Assembly: GCA_012521625.1 (NCBI GenBank)
Contig: JAAYLY010000052.1
Location: 1 to 32,356, forward strand
DNA from: Tissierellia bacterium
GTDB lineage: Bacteria; Bacillota; Clostridia; Tissierellales; Tissierellaceae
DNA: 32,356 nucleotides
Direction of reading: 5' to 3'
The stretch's first letter is position 1. Each line of letters opens with the position of its first letter. The notes beneath the pieces are model-generated. The model saw only the letters and a list, made by a program, of their open reading frames with translations. It was not told where the DNA came from and did no database searches. A program made the position numbers and the translations under genes. This document shows, in pieces, positions 1 to 7,314 of this stretch.

Positions 1-33
1 TAAAACTTTGATATTTTGCCCTCAAATAACTAC

Positions 34-113
34 ACATTAATATTTAGCTGAAATCAAGGGCCCGCCTTAGCGGGGGCGTAGCCTTTACCCTTGATGAAGG
101 TAAATATTAATGT
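34..113. repeat. Nested imperfect palindrome / structured element with a GC-rich core in AT-rich DNA, function unknown
   Basis: Outer 13-bp perfect inverted repeat acattaatattta (34-46) / taaatattaatgt (101-113). Inner 8-bp stem atcaaggg (53-60) / cccttgat (88-95). Innermost stem cccgc (61-65) / gcggg (70-74) with a 4-nt loop. Lies downstream of the minus-strand nuclease gene, at the window edge. Confidence 0.5.
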
Positions 114-186
114 AAAATCAGACAAGGCCAAAATAAAATACTATGATATTGAAAGTATTAGTGAGTTTTTGTCCAAAATTAAGGGG

Positions 187-1188
187 TCAATCCGCTCTTT
201 TAGAACTTTTAACAGTATTTTCTAATATGGTTTGCAAAGCATTATGTTCAATATACGCTATATTATTACTACTTAAAAACATATTAAATTCAACTAAGTC
301 GTTCCAAGTCTCTTTTGGTATTAAATGACTAAACTCAATATGTCTGAAAACATTAAAAAAATCGCATTTATCTGTAATTTGCTTAAATATCCTAATAGCG
401 TTTAATGGCGTTGAACTATAATCAAGATTTTCAATTATATAAGCAGGACTATGATGTTTTTTTATCATATGTGCAAAGATAAACTTATTAACCCAGTTCA
501 ATAAAATAGTCTTTGCATATGCATGATATTTATCATTTTCATCTGCCATATACTCTGATTTTATTTCATCCCACCATAAATCTAAATAGCTTCTCATTCT
601 AGCATTTGCAATAGATTTTTCCTTTAATTCACTTGCTACTAATGACTTATTTCTATTAATTATTGTTAACATTGCTGTATCCGATATTATTTCTCCTAAA
701 CCTGATGAGTGAAATATGCCCCTTTCAAAGAAAGTATTAATATCAAATAAAATGTTTTTAATAAGAGATAGCCACTCATTTTCATATGTTTCAACATCTT
801 CCCTTGTTTTAATGTAAGCAGTATCATCCCACATTTTTTTAATTTTAAAGTTATCATCATTATCTCTAAGGTAAAGAGCTCCATAAGAAAAGTTCCAGAT
901 AAAAAAACTATTCAACCCCAGTGTGTTTGCTTTTCTTTCAGCATCTTGTATTAACTCAATATCAGTTATTGGTACATCAGGCATCTTAATTTCCCACCCT
1001 TGTAAGATTCGCATCTGACTTTCATCACCATATAAAATTATATCCGGAAACATTCTTTTTACACCTGTATTAATAGTTGTCTCTCCCCCTGCTCTTTTAA
1101 TATTCCATGTCTTGTTGGACAAAAATAAATTGATATCTGATATTAATGAAATTACCCAACTTCTCTCATTTTTTGTAACTCTAACCAT
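187..1188 (-). CDS. PD-(D/E)XK-motif nuclease, putative Type II restriction endonuclease partner of the adjacent methyltransferase
   Basis: 333-aa ORF. The N-terminus has E8 (ERSWVISLISDINLFL helix), D49 in FPDIILY and E66-x-K68 in GWEIKMP, the classic E...PD...(D/E)XK arrangement. Its ATG shares one nt with the MTase stop (TAATG at 1186-1190). The remaining ~230 aa carry no motif I recognise. Confidence 0.6.
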   Translation of the reverse strand: MVRVTKNERSWVISLISDINLFLSNKTWNIKRAGGETTINTGVKRMFPDIILYGDESQMRILQGWEIKMPDVPITDIELIQDAERKANTLGLNSFFIWNFSYGALYLRDNDDNFKIKKMWDDTAYIKTREDVETYENEWLSLIKNILFDINTFFERGIFHSSGLGEIISDTAMLTIINRNKSLVASELKEKSIANARMRSYLDLWWDEIKSEYMADENDKYHAYAKTILLNWVNKFIFAHMIKKHHSPAYIIENLDYSSTPLNAIRIFKQITDKCDFFNVFRHIEFSHLIPKETWNDLVEFNMFLSSNNIAYIEHNALQTILENTVKSSKRAD

Positions 1189-2024
1189 TACTTATCATCC
1201 CCCAAAAATTCTTTAATTAGATTTACTACTTGTATGCTTTGTTTTTTATCGGTAGTTAGATTATCCCATGCCTCCTTTAACCTTTTTCTACAGATTTCAA
1301 TGTAATCAATATCTTTTTCCTTAAATAACTTAACATCTTCATTTTTTTCAATCCCAATAAAATTTCTTCCTTCTAATAATGCAGCAACAAGAAATGATCC
1401 ACTCCCACAAGTGTTATCTAAAATCAAATCACCAGGATTTGAGTATGTTCTAACTAGATACCTACCCAATTCAACAGGTTTTTGTGTAGGATGAAAAACT
1501 GGTCCCTCTGCTTCGGCAGTTTTAAAGTAAATAATATCAGTTGGATATCGTCCCCCATTACTTTTTACATGTACTGGCTTAAAATCTCCATAGCTTCCAC
1601 TTAATTGGTCTTTTCTAATTCCTTTATCGTATGGCTCTCCAACAGTCATCTGTGGATTATATGTTGGTTGTTTTTTATAAAATACACATATTTCCTCATA
1701 TTTCCTAAGTGGCTGTTTTTTTGCATTAAGAAAATTAGTTGACTTAGATTTCTCCCAAATTATTTTATATTTAAACATACTTGGATTGCTTAACATCAAT
1801 TTAGCTGTGAACAATCCACTCGATGTCAATACAATAGCTCCATTTGGCTTAATTATTCTTTTGTATTCTTTCCATAATAAATCTAAAGGAATAACACTAT
1901 CCCATTTATTTTGAGTATGTCCATAAGGTAAATCACACAGTATCATATCTATAGAATGATTTTTAATATCTTTCATAACCTCCAAACAATCGCCTTCTAT
2001 TACATTGTTAAGCATATTTTTCAA
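1188..2024 (-). CDS. Site-specific DNA methyltransferase, beta-class (N6-adenine or N4-cytosine; PF01555-like)
   Basis: Motif IV-like DLPYG (ILCDLPYGHTQNKWD) near the N-terminus. FHPTQKPVEL followed by motif I LILDNTCGSGSFLVAA near the C-terminus. The order IV then I indicates beta class. The start is ambiguous: TTG at 2024 lies 10 nt after GGAGG, ATG at 2015. Confidence 0.88.
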   Translation of the reverse strand: MKNMLNNVIEGDCLEVMKDIKNHSIDMILCDLPYGHTQNKWDSVIPLDLLWKEYKRIIKPNGAIVLTSSGLFTAKLMLSNPSMFKYKIIWEKSKSTNFLNAKKQPLRKYEEICVFYKKQPTYNPQMTVGEPYDKGIRKDQLSGSYGDFKPVHVKSNGGRYPTDIIYFKTAEAEGPVFHPTQKPVELGRYLVRTYSNPGDLILDNTCGSGSFLVAALLEGRNFIGIEKNEDVKLFKEKDIDYIEICRKRLKEAWDNLTTDKKQSIQVVNLIKEFLGDDK

Positions 2025-2102
2025 TATTTCTCATCCTCCATTATTTCTGTATATTCCAAAATACTCTGAAATCATTGTTAAAGTTTTTTTATATCAATTA
2101 AA

Positions 2103-2130
2103 TTTATATTTCTTTAAAAGAATCTTTCAA
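2103..2130 (-). promoter_or_regulatory. Candidate sigma-A promoter for the MTase/nuclease pair
   Basis: On the minus strand, TTGAAA (2130-2125), a 16-nt spacer, then TATAAA (2108-2103), about 80 nt upstream of the MTase start. The region is very AT-rich, so a chance match is possible. Confidence 0.3.
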
Positions 2131-2305
2131 CAAAAGCAAGTTTATTATTGTTAATATTATTAATTAAAACTGAAATCTCTTTTTCTATCCATCAATTATT
2201 TCATCTGAATAAAAGTTTATTGTATATGCTATTTATTGATTCTTTAAAAATATTTACAAATATATCATTGCTAGTATCAATCTTGCCTCTTTAGACTGAT
2301 AGTTG

Positions 2306-2371
2306 TTATCCTAACCTTCTAAGAAGAAGTAATGATAGCACTTTCATTCTATTATCTTCTTCAAACCTCAT
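2306..2371 (-). CDS. Candidate 21-aa micro-ORF (MRFEEDNRMKVLSLLLLRRLG)
   Basis: ATG at 2371 is preceded by GGAGGAAGTGGG with 7-nt spacing from GGAGG. It lies 26 nt downstream of the 76-aa gene stop. Below the ORF-track length cutoff. The only evidence is the strong SD in an otherwise AT-rich spacer. Confidence 0.2.
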   Translation of the reverse strand: MRFEEDNRMKVLSLLLLRRLG

Positions 2372-2397
2372 CCCACTTCCTCCATTATATATCAATA

Positions 2398-2628
2398 TTA
2401 GCTATTTTCTAGTATTTTTGTTAGCAGTCCTAATCTTTTAACTCCTAATTTTTGTCTCACAGTAGTTGTATAATCGCCTTCTTTATACAATAAATCCTTA
2501 TTTTTTTCAGCTACCTGTTTAAGATACTTTATAAACTCTTCCTCGTCTACCTCCATAGCCCAATATTTATCAATAATATTTTTCAATGAATTTGCTAAAT
2601 CTATCTGGTTTTTATAATAAGTAATCAC
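2398..2628 (-). CDS. Hypothetical 76-aa protein (GTG start)
   Basis: ORF with AGGAGGT 9 nt upstream of GTG ATT ACT (MITYYK). Predicted helical and charged. No motif recognised. Confidence 0.55.
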   Translation of the reverse strand: MITYYKNQIDLANSLKNIIDKYWAMEVDEEEFIKYLKQVAEKNKDLLYKEGDYTTTVRQKLGVKRLGLLTKILENS

Positions 2629-2809
2629 AAGAAAGATACCTCCTGATACTATATTTTTTATCTATATTATACTATTTTTTATAATTTTTCACCATATTTT
2701 ATATAAAATTAATATAATATTTATATTTAATATAATATATATTACTGTTGTAACTATATAAAATTAATATATAACTTATATAATTAACAAGCACATGCTT
2801 ATACAAAAT

Positions 2810-2843
2810 TGGCGACCGAGATGGTCGCCAGTCTTATTTTTAT
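2810..2843 (+). terminator. Intrinsic terminator-like hairpin, possibly bidirectional
   Basis: ggcgacc (2810-2816), loop gagat, ggtcgcc (2822-2828), followed by agtcttatttttatt. No plus-strand gene lies upstream. On the minus strand it is followed by aattttgt. Confidence 0.45.
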
Positions 2844-2937
2844 TGCGAAAACAAATACTATTAAAGTTCCGGCTTTAATAAACTTTACTATTAAGTTATA
2901 AAATTTTCTTTTAATTTTTGCTTTAATATATTGCTTA

Positions 2938-2970
2938 TTAAAAATAAAAATCCCGCTTCATTCAAAGCGG
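2938..2970 (-). terminator. Rho-independent terminator downstream of the rlmD-like gene
   Basis: 7-bp stem cccgctt (2951-2957) / aagcggg (2964-2970). On the minus strand it is followed by atttttattttt. Confidence 0.6.
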
Positions 2971-3130
2971 GTTATGTATCTATATCAACTTTCTTGTATC
3001 TACTTACACTATATCCTTATAGCTATTCCTATCTCCAGCTCAGAAATAGGCTTTTTATTTCGAAAATCAGGTCCGTTATTAACAAACTGAAAACCGTCGG
3101 AAGCCTTGTAAAATCGAGCTATCTCAAAGA

Positions 3131-4480
3131 TTATACTTTTTGTATCTCTACCACGCACTCCACATGCACCGTATGAGGAAACATATCCACCGGCTGCACT
3201 TCTACTACCCTATATCCCTTTTCCACCAAATACTTCACATCCCTGGCCATGGTAGAAGGATTACAGGATACATAGACTACTCTTTCAGGCCCTAAATCCA
3301 CTATGGCTTCTAAGGCTTCCCTTTCGCAGCCCTTTCTCGGTGGATCTAGGACTAGCTTATTGGCTTTTATACCTTCCCTAGTCATCTTAGGAAAGACTTC
3401 TTCCGTCTTACCTACTATAAATTCCGCATTATGGATATCATTAAGCTCAGCATTTTTCCTGGCGTCCTCAATTGCCTCTTTAACTATTTCAATTCCATAT
3501 ACCCTTTTAGCCCTTTCTGCTACAAAGAGGGATATGGTTCCTATGCCGCAATAAAGGTCGTAGACTATATCATCTTTCTTAAGGTCTAAATATTCTATAG
3601 CCTTACTATATAACTTATCCGTTTGGGTCCTATTGACTTGGAAGAATGAATTTGGTGATATATTGAATTTATAATGGCCTATATAATCTATTAAAGTATC
3701 CTTACCGTATAGCTTTTTATACTGCCTACCATAGGTTACTGAAGAGTTGAGCTTATTGATATTTTCATAGAGACTGACTACATTTGCCCCCTTTAGCCTT
3801 TCGATTAGTTCCCTTATCCTAGGTATATTCTTATTTCCTGTCACCAGGATAACCATAATCTCATCATCCTTATTTATCCTTAACCCAATATGCCTTAAAA
3901 AGCCCTTCCTACTCCTTCTGTTATAGGGCCTTATATTAAAGTCCTCCATCCACTGTCTAATTATCTGGATAACCCTATTGCCAATATCTGGTATTAGGAT
4001 GGTCTTTTCCATATCTATGATTTCGTTACTATTTGCCTTGTAAAAGCCTATAACAATCTTACCATCCTTCTCCCCTACTGGTATTTGCACATGGTTTCTG
4101 TATTTATAAGGAAAATCCATCCCTAGGGTATCTTTAATTTCCACCTGCCTGATGCCTGCTATCTTCTCCAGATCCTTCCTTACCTTTTCCTTCTTCCACT
4201 CCAGCTGTTTTTCATAGGCATATTGGATAAGGGGAATACCCCCCTTACTTTCCGTCAATTCAAAGTCTAAATCCACCCTATCCTTAGAAGGTTGGATGAT
4301 CTCTGTAACAGTTCCATTTCCATAGTTCTTCTTAAGCTTATCTATCCTGAATTTTACCCTATCTCCAACCAGGCCTTCACTGGTAAAGAAGGTGAAATTA
4401 TCTATCTTAATTACTCCATTTCCTTCGTGGGTAAAGTCTATTACTTCTCCTGTTAGAATATCTCCTAATTTAAAATCCAT
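3131..4480 (-). CDS. rlmD: 23S rRNA (uracil-5-)-methyltransferase, RlmD/RumA (RlmCD) family, TRAM domain + SAM MTase
   Basis: N-terminal TRAM-like GDILTGEVIDFTHEGNGV...GDRVKFRI. FFQVN motif. SAM motif I DLYCGIGT. DPPRKG. Catalytic VSCNP. Confidence 0.9.
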   Translation of the reverse strand: MDFKLGDILTGEVIDFTHEGNGVIKIDNFTFFTSEGLVGDRVKFRIDKLKKNYGNGTVTEIIQPSKDRVDLDFELTESKGGIPLIQYAYEKQLEWKKEKVRKDLEKIAGIRQVEIKDTLGMDFPYKYRNHVQIPVGEKDGKIVIGFYKANSNEIIDMEKTILIPDIGNRVIQIIRQWMEDFNIRPYNRRSRKGFLRHIGLRINKDDEIMVILVTGNKNIPRIRELIERLKGANVVSLYENINKLNSSVTYGRQYKKLYGKDTLIDYIGHYKFNISPNSFFQVNRTQTDKLYSKAIEYLDLKKDDIVYDLYCGIGTISLFVAERAKRVYGIEIVKEAIEDARKNAELNDIHNAEFIVGKTEEVFPKMTREGIKANKLVLDPPRKGCEREALEAIVDLGPERVVYVSCNPSTMARDVKYLVEKGYRVVEVQPVDMFPHTVHVECVVEIQKV

Positions 4481-4561
4481 AACTGCCTCCTAATTAAACT
4501 CTTTCCTCTATATTACCACATGGGCGAAAAATATTTACCCGGATTTTTTATTTAAGTCTTA

Positions 4562-4954
4562 TTATCCTTCCATAACCCTTATGTAGAATTCCCTACTTCT
4601 AGGCCCATCGAATTCGCAGAAGTAAATTCCCTGCCAAGTACCAAGCATAAGTCTTCCATCCTTAATTATGACAGTACAGGAGGAACCCATAAGGGATGCC
4701 TTTATATGGGCATGGGAATTGCCTTCAAAGTGGAGGTAGTCACCCTCTACTGGAAATCTTTTGTTAAGGCTAGTGATAATATCCATTACCACATCCCTAT
4801 CGGCATTTTCATTTATTGTAACCCCGGCCGTTGTATGAGGTACAAAGACTACTACTATCCCATCCCTAACGCCGCTTTTATTAACAGCCTCCCTAACCTT
4901 ATGGCTTATATCGATAAACTCCTGCTCTTTTCTAGTCTGTATTTGATATCGCAT
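4562..4954 (-). CDS. YjbQ/UPF0047 family protein (secondary thiamine-phosphate synthase-like)
   Basis: Family-typical HTTAGVTINENADRDV, GNSHAHIKASLMG and LGTWQGIYFCEFDGPR. Start moved to ATG at 4954 (MRYQ...), preceded by AAGGAGGG plus 7 nt. The track start at 4981 lacks an SD. Confidence 0.88.
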   Translation of the reverse strand: MRYQIQTRKEQEFIDISHKVREAVNKSGVRDGIVVVFVPHTTAGVTINENADRDVVMDIITSLNKRFPVEGDYLHFEGNSHAHIKASLMGSSCTVIIKDGRLMLGTWQGIYFCEFDGPRSREFYIRVMEG

Positions 4955-5110
4955 ATGCTTGCCCTCCTTCTTCATATTCACGATTCCAGTCCTGTTACCC
5001 CTATATTATCACAGTTTTAAATTTATTAGACAGAATAAGAACAGATTTTTTTCTGCTGAATATAATATTCTAAGCGGATATTTCTATATTCTAAAAAGGA
5101 GGATTGGATA

Positions 5111-5860
5111 ATGGATATTCTACAACAATGTGGACCTGGTACTTTCTCATATGTTATCAGATCCGGTGACACTTACTTTAATCTAGCTAATAGGTTCAAC
5201 ACTACTGTGGATGCTATTATGAGAGCTAATCCAGGTGTAGATCCAGATAGATTATATATCGGTCAAGTTATTTGTATCCCTACAGCTGGAACACCAACTT
5301 GCCCGACTGGCTCACAGCCATATACAATCAGGTCAGGTGATACCCTATATAACCTAGCTAACAGATTCAACACCACTGTAGAAGCTATCCTAAGATTAAA
5401 TCCTGGTTTAGATCCAAATAACCTTCAAGTTGGTAGGGTCATCTGTATACCGACTGTAACACCTCCACCAACTCATCTATGTCCAACATTAAGGAATGGA
5501 AGTAGAGGGCCAGAGGTAGCCGAATTACAACGCTTACTAATTGCCCACGGCTTTAATCCAGGAGCTGTAGACGGTATCTTCGGTAACCAAACTGAAGCAG
5601 CAGTAAGGGCCTTCCAAAGAAGTAGAAACCTAGTGGTGGATGGAATTGTTGGTGTTCAAACCTGGACTGCACTGGGAGTAAATTGTGGAACTACACCAAG
5701 CTGCCCAGCTGGATCCCAAGCTTATACAATTAGATCAGGAGATACAATCTACAATCTAGCAATTAGGTTCAACACCACAGTAGAAGCTATCTTAAGACTA
5801 AATCCTGGAATAAATCCAGATAACCTACAAATAGGTCAAGTAATCTGTATCCCTAGATAA
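5111..5860 (+). CDS. LysM (x3) + PG_binding_1 peptidoglycan-binding protein, no recognisable signal peptide
   Basis: Three copies of Y(V/T)IRSGDT.YNLA.RFNTTV.AI.R.NPG..P..L..GQVICIP. The central segment PEVAELQRLLIAHGFNPGAVDGIFGNQTEAAVRAFQ is PG_binding_1-like. SD aaaaggagg lies upstream. Confidence 0.9.
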   Translation: MDILQQCGPGTFSYVIRSGDTYFNLANRFNTTVDAIMRANPGVDPDRLYIGQVICIPTAGTPTCPTGSQPYTIRSGDTLYNLANRFNTTVEAILRLNPGLDPNNLQVGRVICIPTVTPPPTHLCPTLRNGSRGPEVAELQRLLIAHGFNPGAVDGIFGNQTEAAVRAFQRSRNLVVDGIVGVQTWTALGVNCGTTPSCPAGSQAYTIRSGDTIYNLAIRFNTTVEAILRLNPGINPDNLQIGQVICIPR

Positions 5861-5863
5861 TAG

Positions 5864-5894
5864 AAAAAATCCTCTCTTTATGAGAGGATTTTTT
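5864..5894. terminator. Bidirectional intrinsic terminator between the convergent LysM and MATE genes
   Basis: atcctctc (5869-5876) / gagaggat (5882-5889), loop tttat, flanked by A6 on the left and T6 on the right. Confidence 0.8.
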
Positions 5895-7241
5895 CTATGT
5901 TAAATTCCTAATCCATTTCCTGGAAAATATCCTAGGGATTGAGGTGGCAAATTTTACAACTTCCTCTGCCGTTGCTAATAGATATACATAGTAGACAGGC
6001 AGCTTCAATAGCTTAACCCCTATAAAGGCCAGTGGTACCCCAACTAACCAGATAGAAGCCATCTCAAGGTAAAGGGAAAAGTTGGTATCTCCCCCACCCC
6101 TTAAGACTCCTACTATGACCACGGAATTATAGGTCCTAATGAAGAAGGTAAGCCCCATGACGATTAATAGGTTTTTAGCAATGAGATATAAGTTATCTTC
6201 AATGGTAAAGATCCTCAATGTTAAATCCGGAGTTAAGGCCATGATAACCCCCAATACTAGGCCTAAGATGGTGGATAAGAAGATAAATTTAATAGCATAA
6301 TCATAGGCCTCCTCCTCTTCGTTAGAGCCTATTCTGTTACCGATCATTACTGTACAAGCGTTGGCTAACCCCCTTATTAGTACGAAGAAGACATTCTGGA
6401 TATTGGTAGTAAGCTGAATAGCAGCCGTAGCCTCCTTTCCAATGCTGGCATAGGCTATAGAATACATTATCTGGCCTAAAGACCAAAAGCCTTCATTAAA
6501 GATTACAGGTAGGACAGTTTTAAAAAATTTAGTTATAAATTCCCTATTCCAATCCATTAGTTCATATAGGCTGGCAGCTAGGACTCCCTTAGTTCTATAG
6601 ACAGTATAAAGGATAAATATAAGTTCTCCTACCCTAGCTATTGTAGTAGCTATAGCTGCCCCCTTAACCCCTAGGGCTGGCAGGCCTAGCTTTCCGAAGA
6701 TTAGGATATAGTTGAAGAAGGTATTGGTTATAAAGGAAATAAGGGAAGAAATCATGGGTATATTTGGCCTACCTGTACTCCTTAAGGCCACATTATATGC
6801 GAAGCTGATTCCAGTTACTATATATGATAGGGATACTATTCTTAAGTAGTCAGCCCCTAGACTTACAACCTCAGCGTCCTGTATAAAGATCCTCATTAAA
6901 AGTTGAGGAAAGAAGAAAGCCCCTATTGTGAAGATTATACCTAGGCCTAAACTGCCGAATAAGGCTAAGCCTAATACCCTTCTTATATTTATAGTATCTT
7001 CCTTCCCCCAATACTGGGAGATAAAGATGGAAGAACCACTATTAATCCCAAAGGTAAGTAGGGCATAGAGGAAAAATACCTGATTGGCCAATCCTACCGC
7101 TGCTAGGCTGGCATTGCCCAGGCTAGTAATCATCATGGTATCCACCATATTTACCGATGTAGATATTAAATTTTGCAAGGCCATAGGTAGGGCTATGGCC
7201 ATCATGGATCTTAAAAACTTCTTATCAAGTAAAAAGTTCAT
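5895..7241 (-). CDS. MATE family efflux transporter
   Basis: Polytopic hydrophobic protein of about 448 aa with a typical MATE N-terminus (MAIALPMALQNLISTSVNMVDTMM). Start moved to ATG at 7241 (MNFLLDK), preceded by GGGAGGAAGAG. The track extension to 7340 overlaps the upstream gene. Confidence 0.88.
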   Translation of the reverse strand: MNFLLDKKFLRSMMAIALPMALQNLISTSVNMVDTMMITSLGNASLAAVGLANQVFFLYALLTFGINSGSSIFISQYWGKEDTINIRRVLGLALFGSLGLGIIFTIGAFFFPQLLMRIFIQDAEVVSLGADYLRIVSLSYIVTGISFAYNVALRSTGRPNIPMISSLISFITNTFFNYILIFGKLGLPALGVKGAAIATTIARVGELIFILYTVYRTKGVLAASLYELMDWNREFITKFFKTVLPVIFNEGFWSLGQIMYSIAYASIGKEATAAIQLTTNIQNVFFVLIRGLANACTVMIGNRIGSNEEEEAYDYAIKFIFLSTILGLVLGVIMALTPDLTLRIFTIEDNLYLIAKNLLIVMGLTFFIRTYNSVVIVGVLRGGGDTNFSLYLEMASIWLVGVPLAFIGVKLLKLPVYYVYLLATAEEVVKFATSIPRIFSRKWIRNLT

Positions 7242-7314
7242 CTCTTCCTCCCAAAAAATAATAAACGTTCTAATGGCTATAGTATAATAGCATATTAGAA
7301 CGTTTTTGTATAGA

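Noticed and set aside
47-100. Possible hammerhead ribozyme or C/D-box-like k-turn in the hairpin element (CUGA at 48-51, UGAUGA at 92-97, GAAA at 50-53).
   Set aside because: The order and spacing of the elements do not fit the hammerhead core (stem I-CUGAUGA-stem II-GAAA-stem III). The CUGA/UGAUGA pairing is only suggestive of tandem G-A pairs. Not supportable without a covariance model.
143-884. Track ORFs 143-328 (+) and 696-884 (-, alternate frame) overlapping the 333-aa nuclease gene.
   Set aside because: They are embedded in or overlap the longer, SD-preceded, motif-bearing ORF. No SD and hydrophobic junk-like translations.
2794-2877. 27-aa plus-strand ORF (MLIQNWRPRWSPVLFLLRKQILLKFRL) running through the 2810-2828 hairpin.
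   Set aside because: There is no SD upstream, and the ORF reads through a terminator-like hairpin. Most likely fortuitous.
2931-3176. 81-aa plus-strand track ORF in the rlmD downstream spacer.
   Set aside because: It starts at a non-ATG codon without an SD, spans the rlmD terminator hairpin and overlaps the rlmD 3' end. Low-complexity translation.
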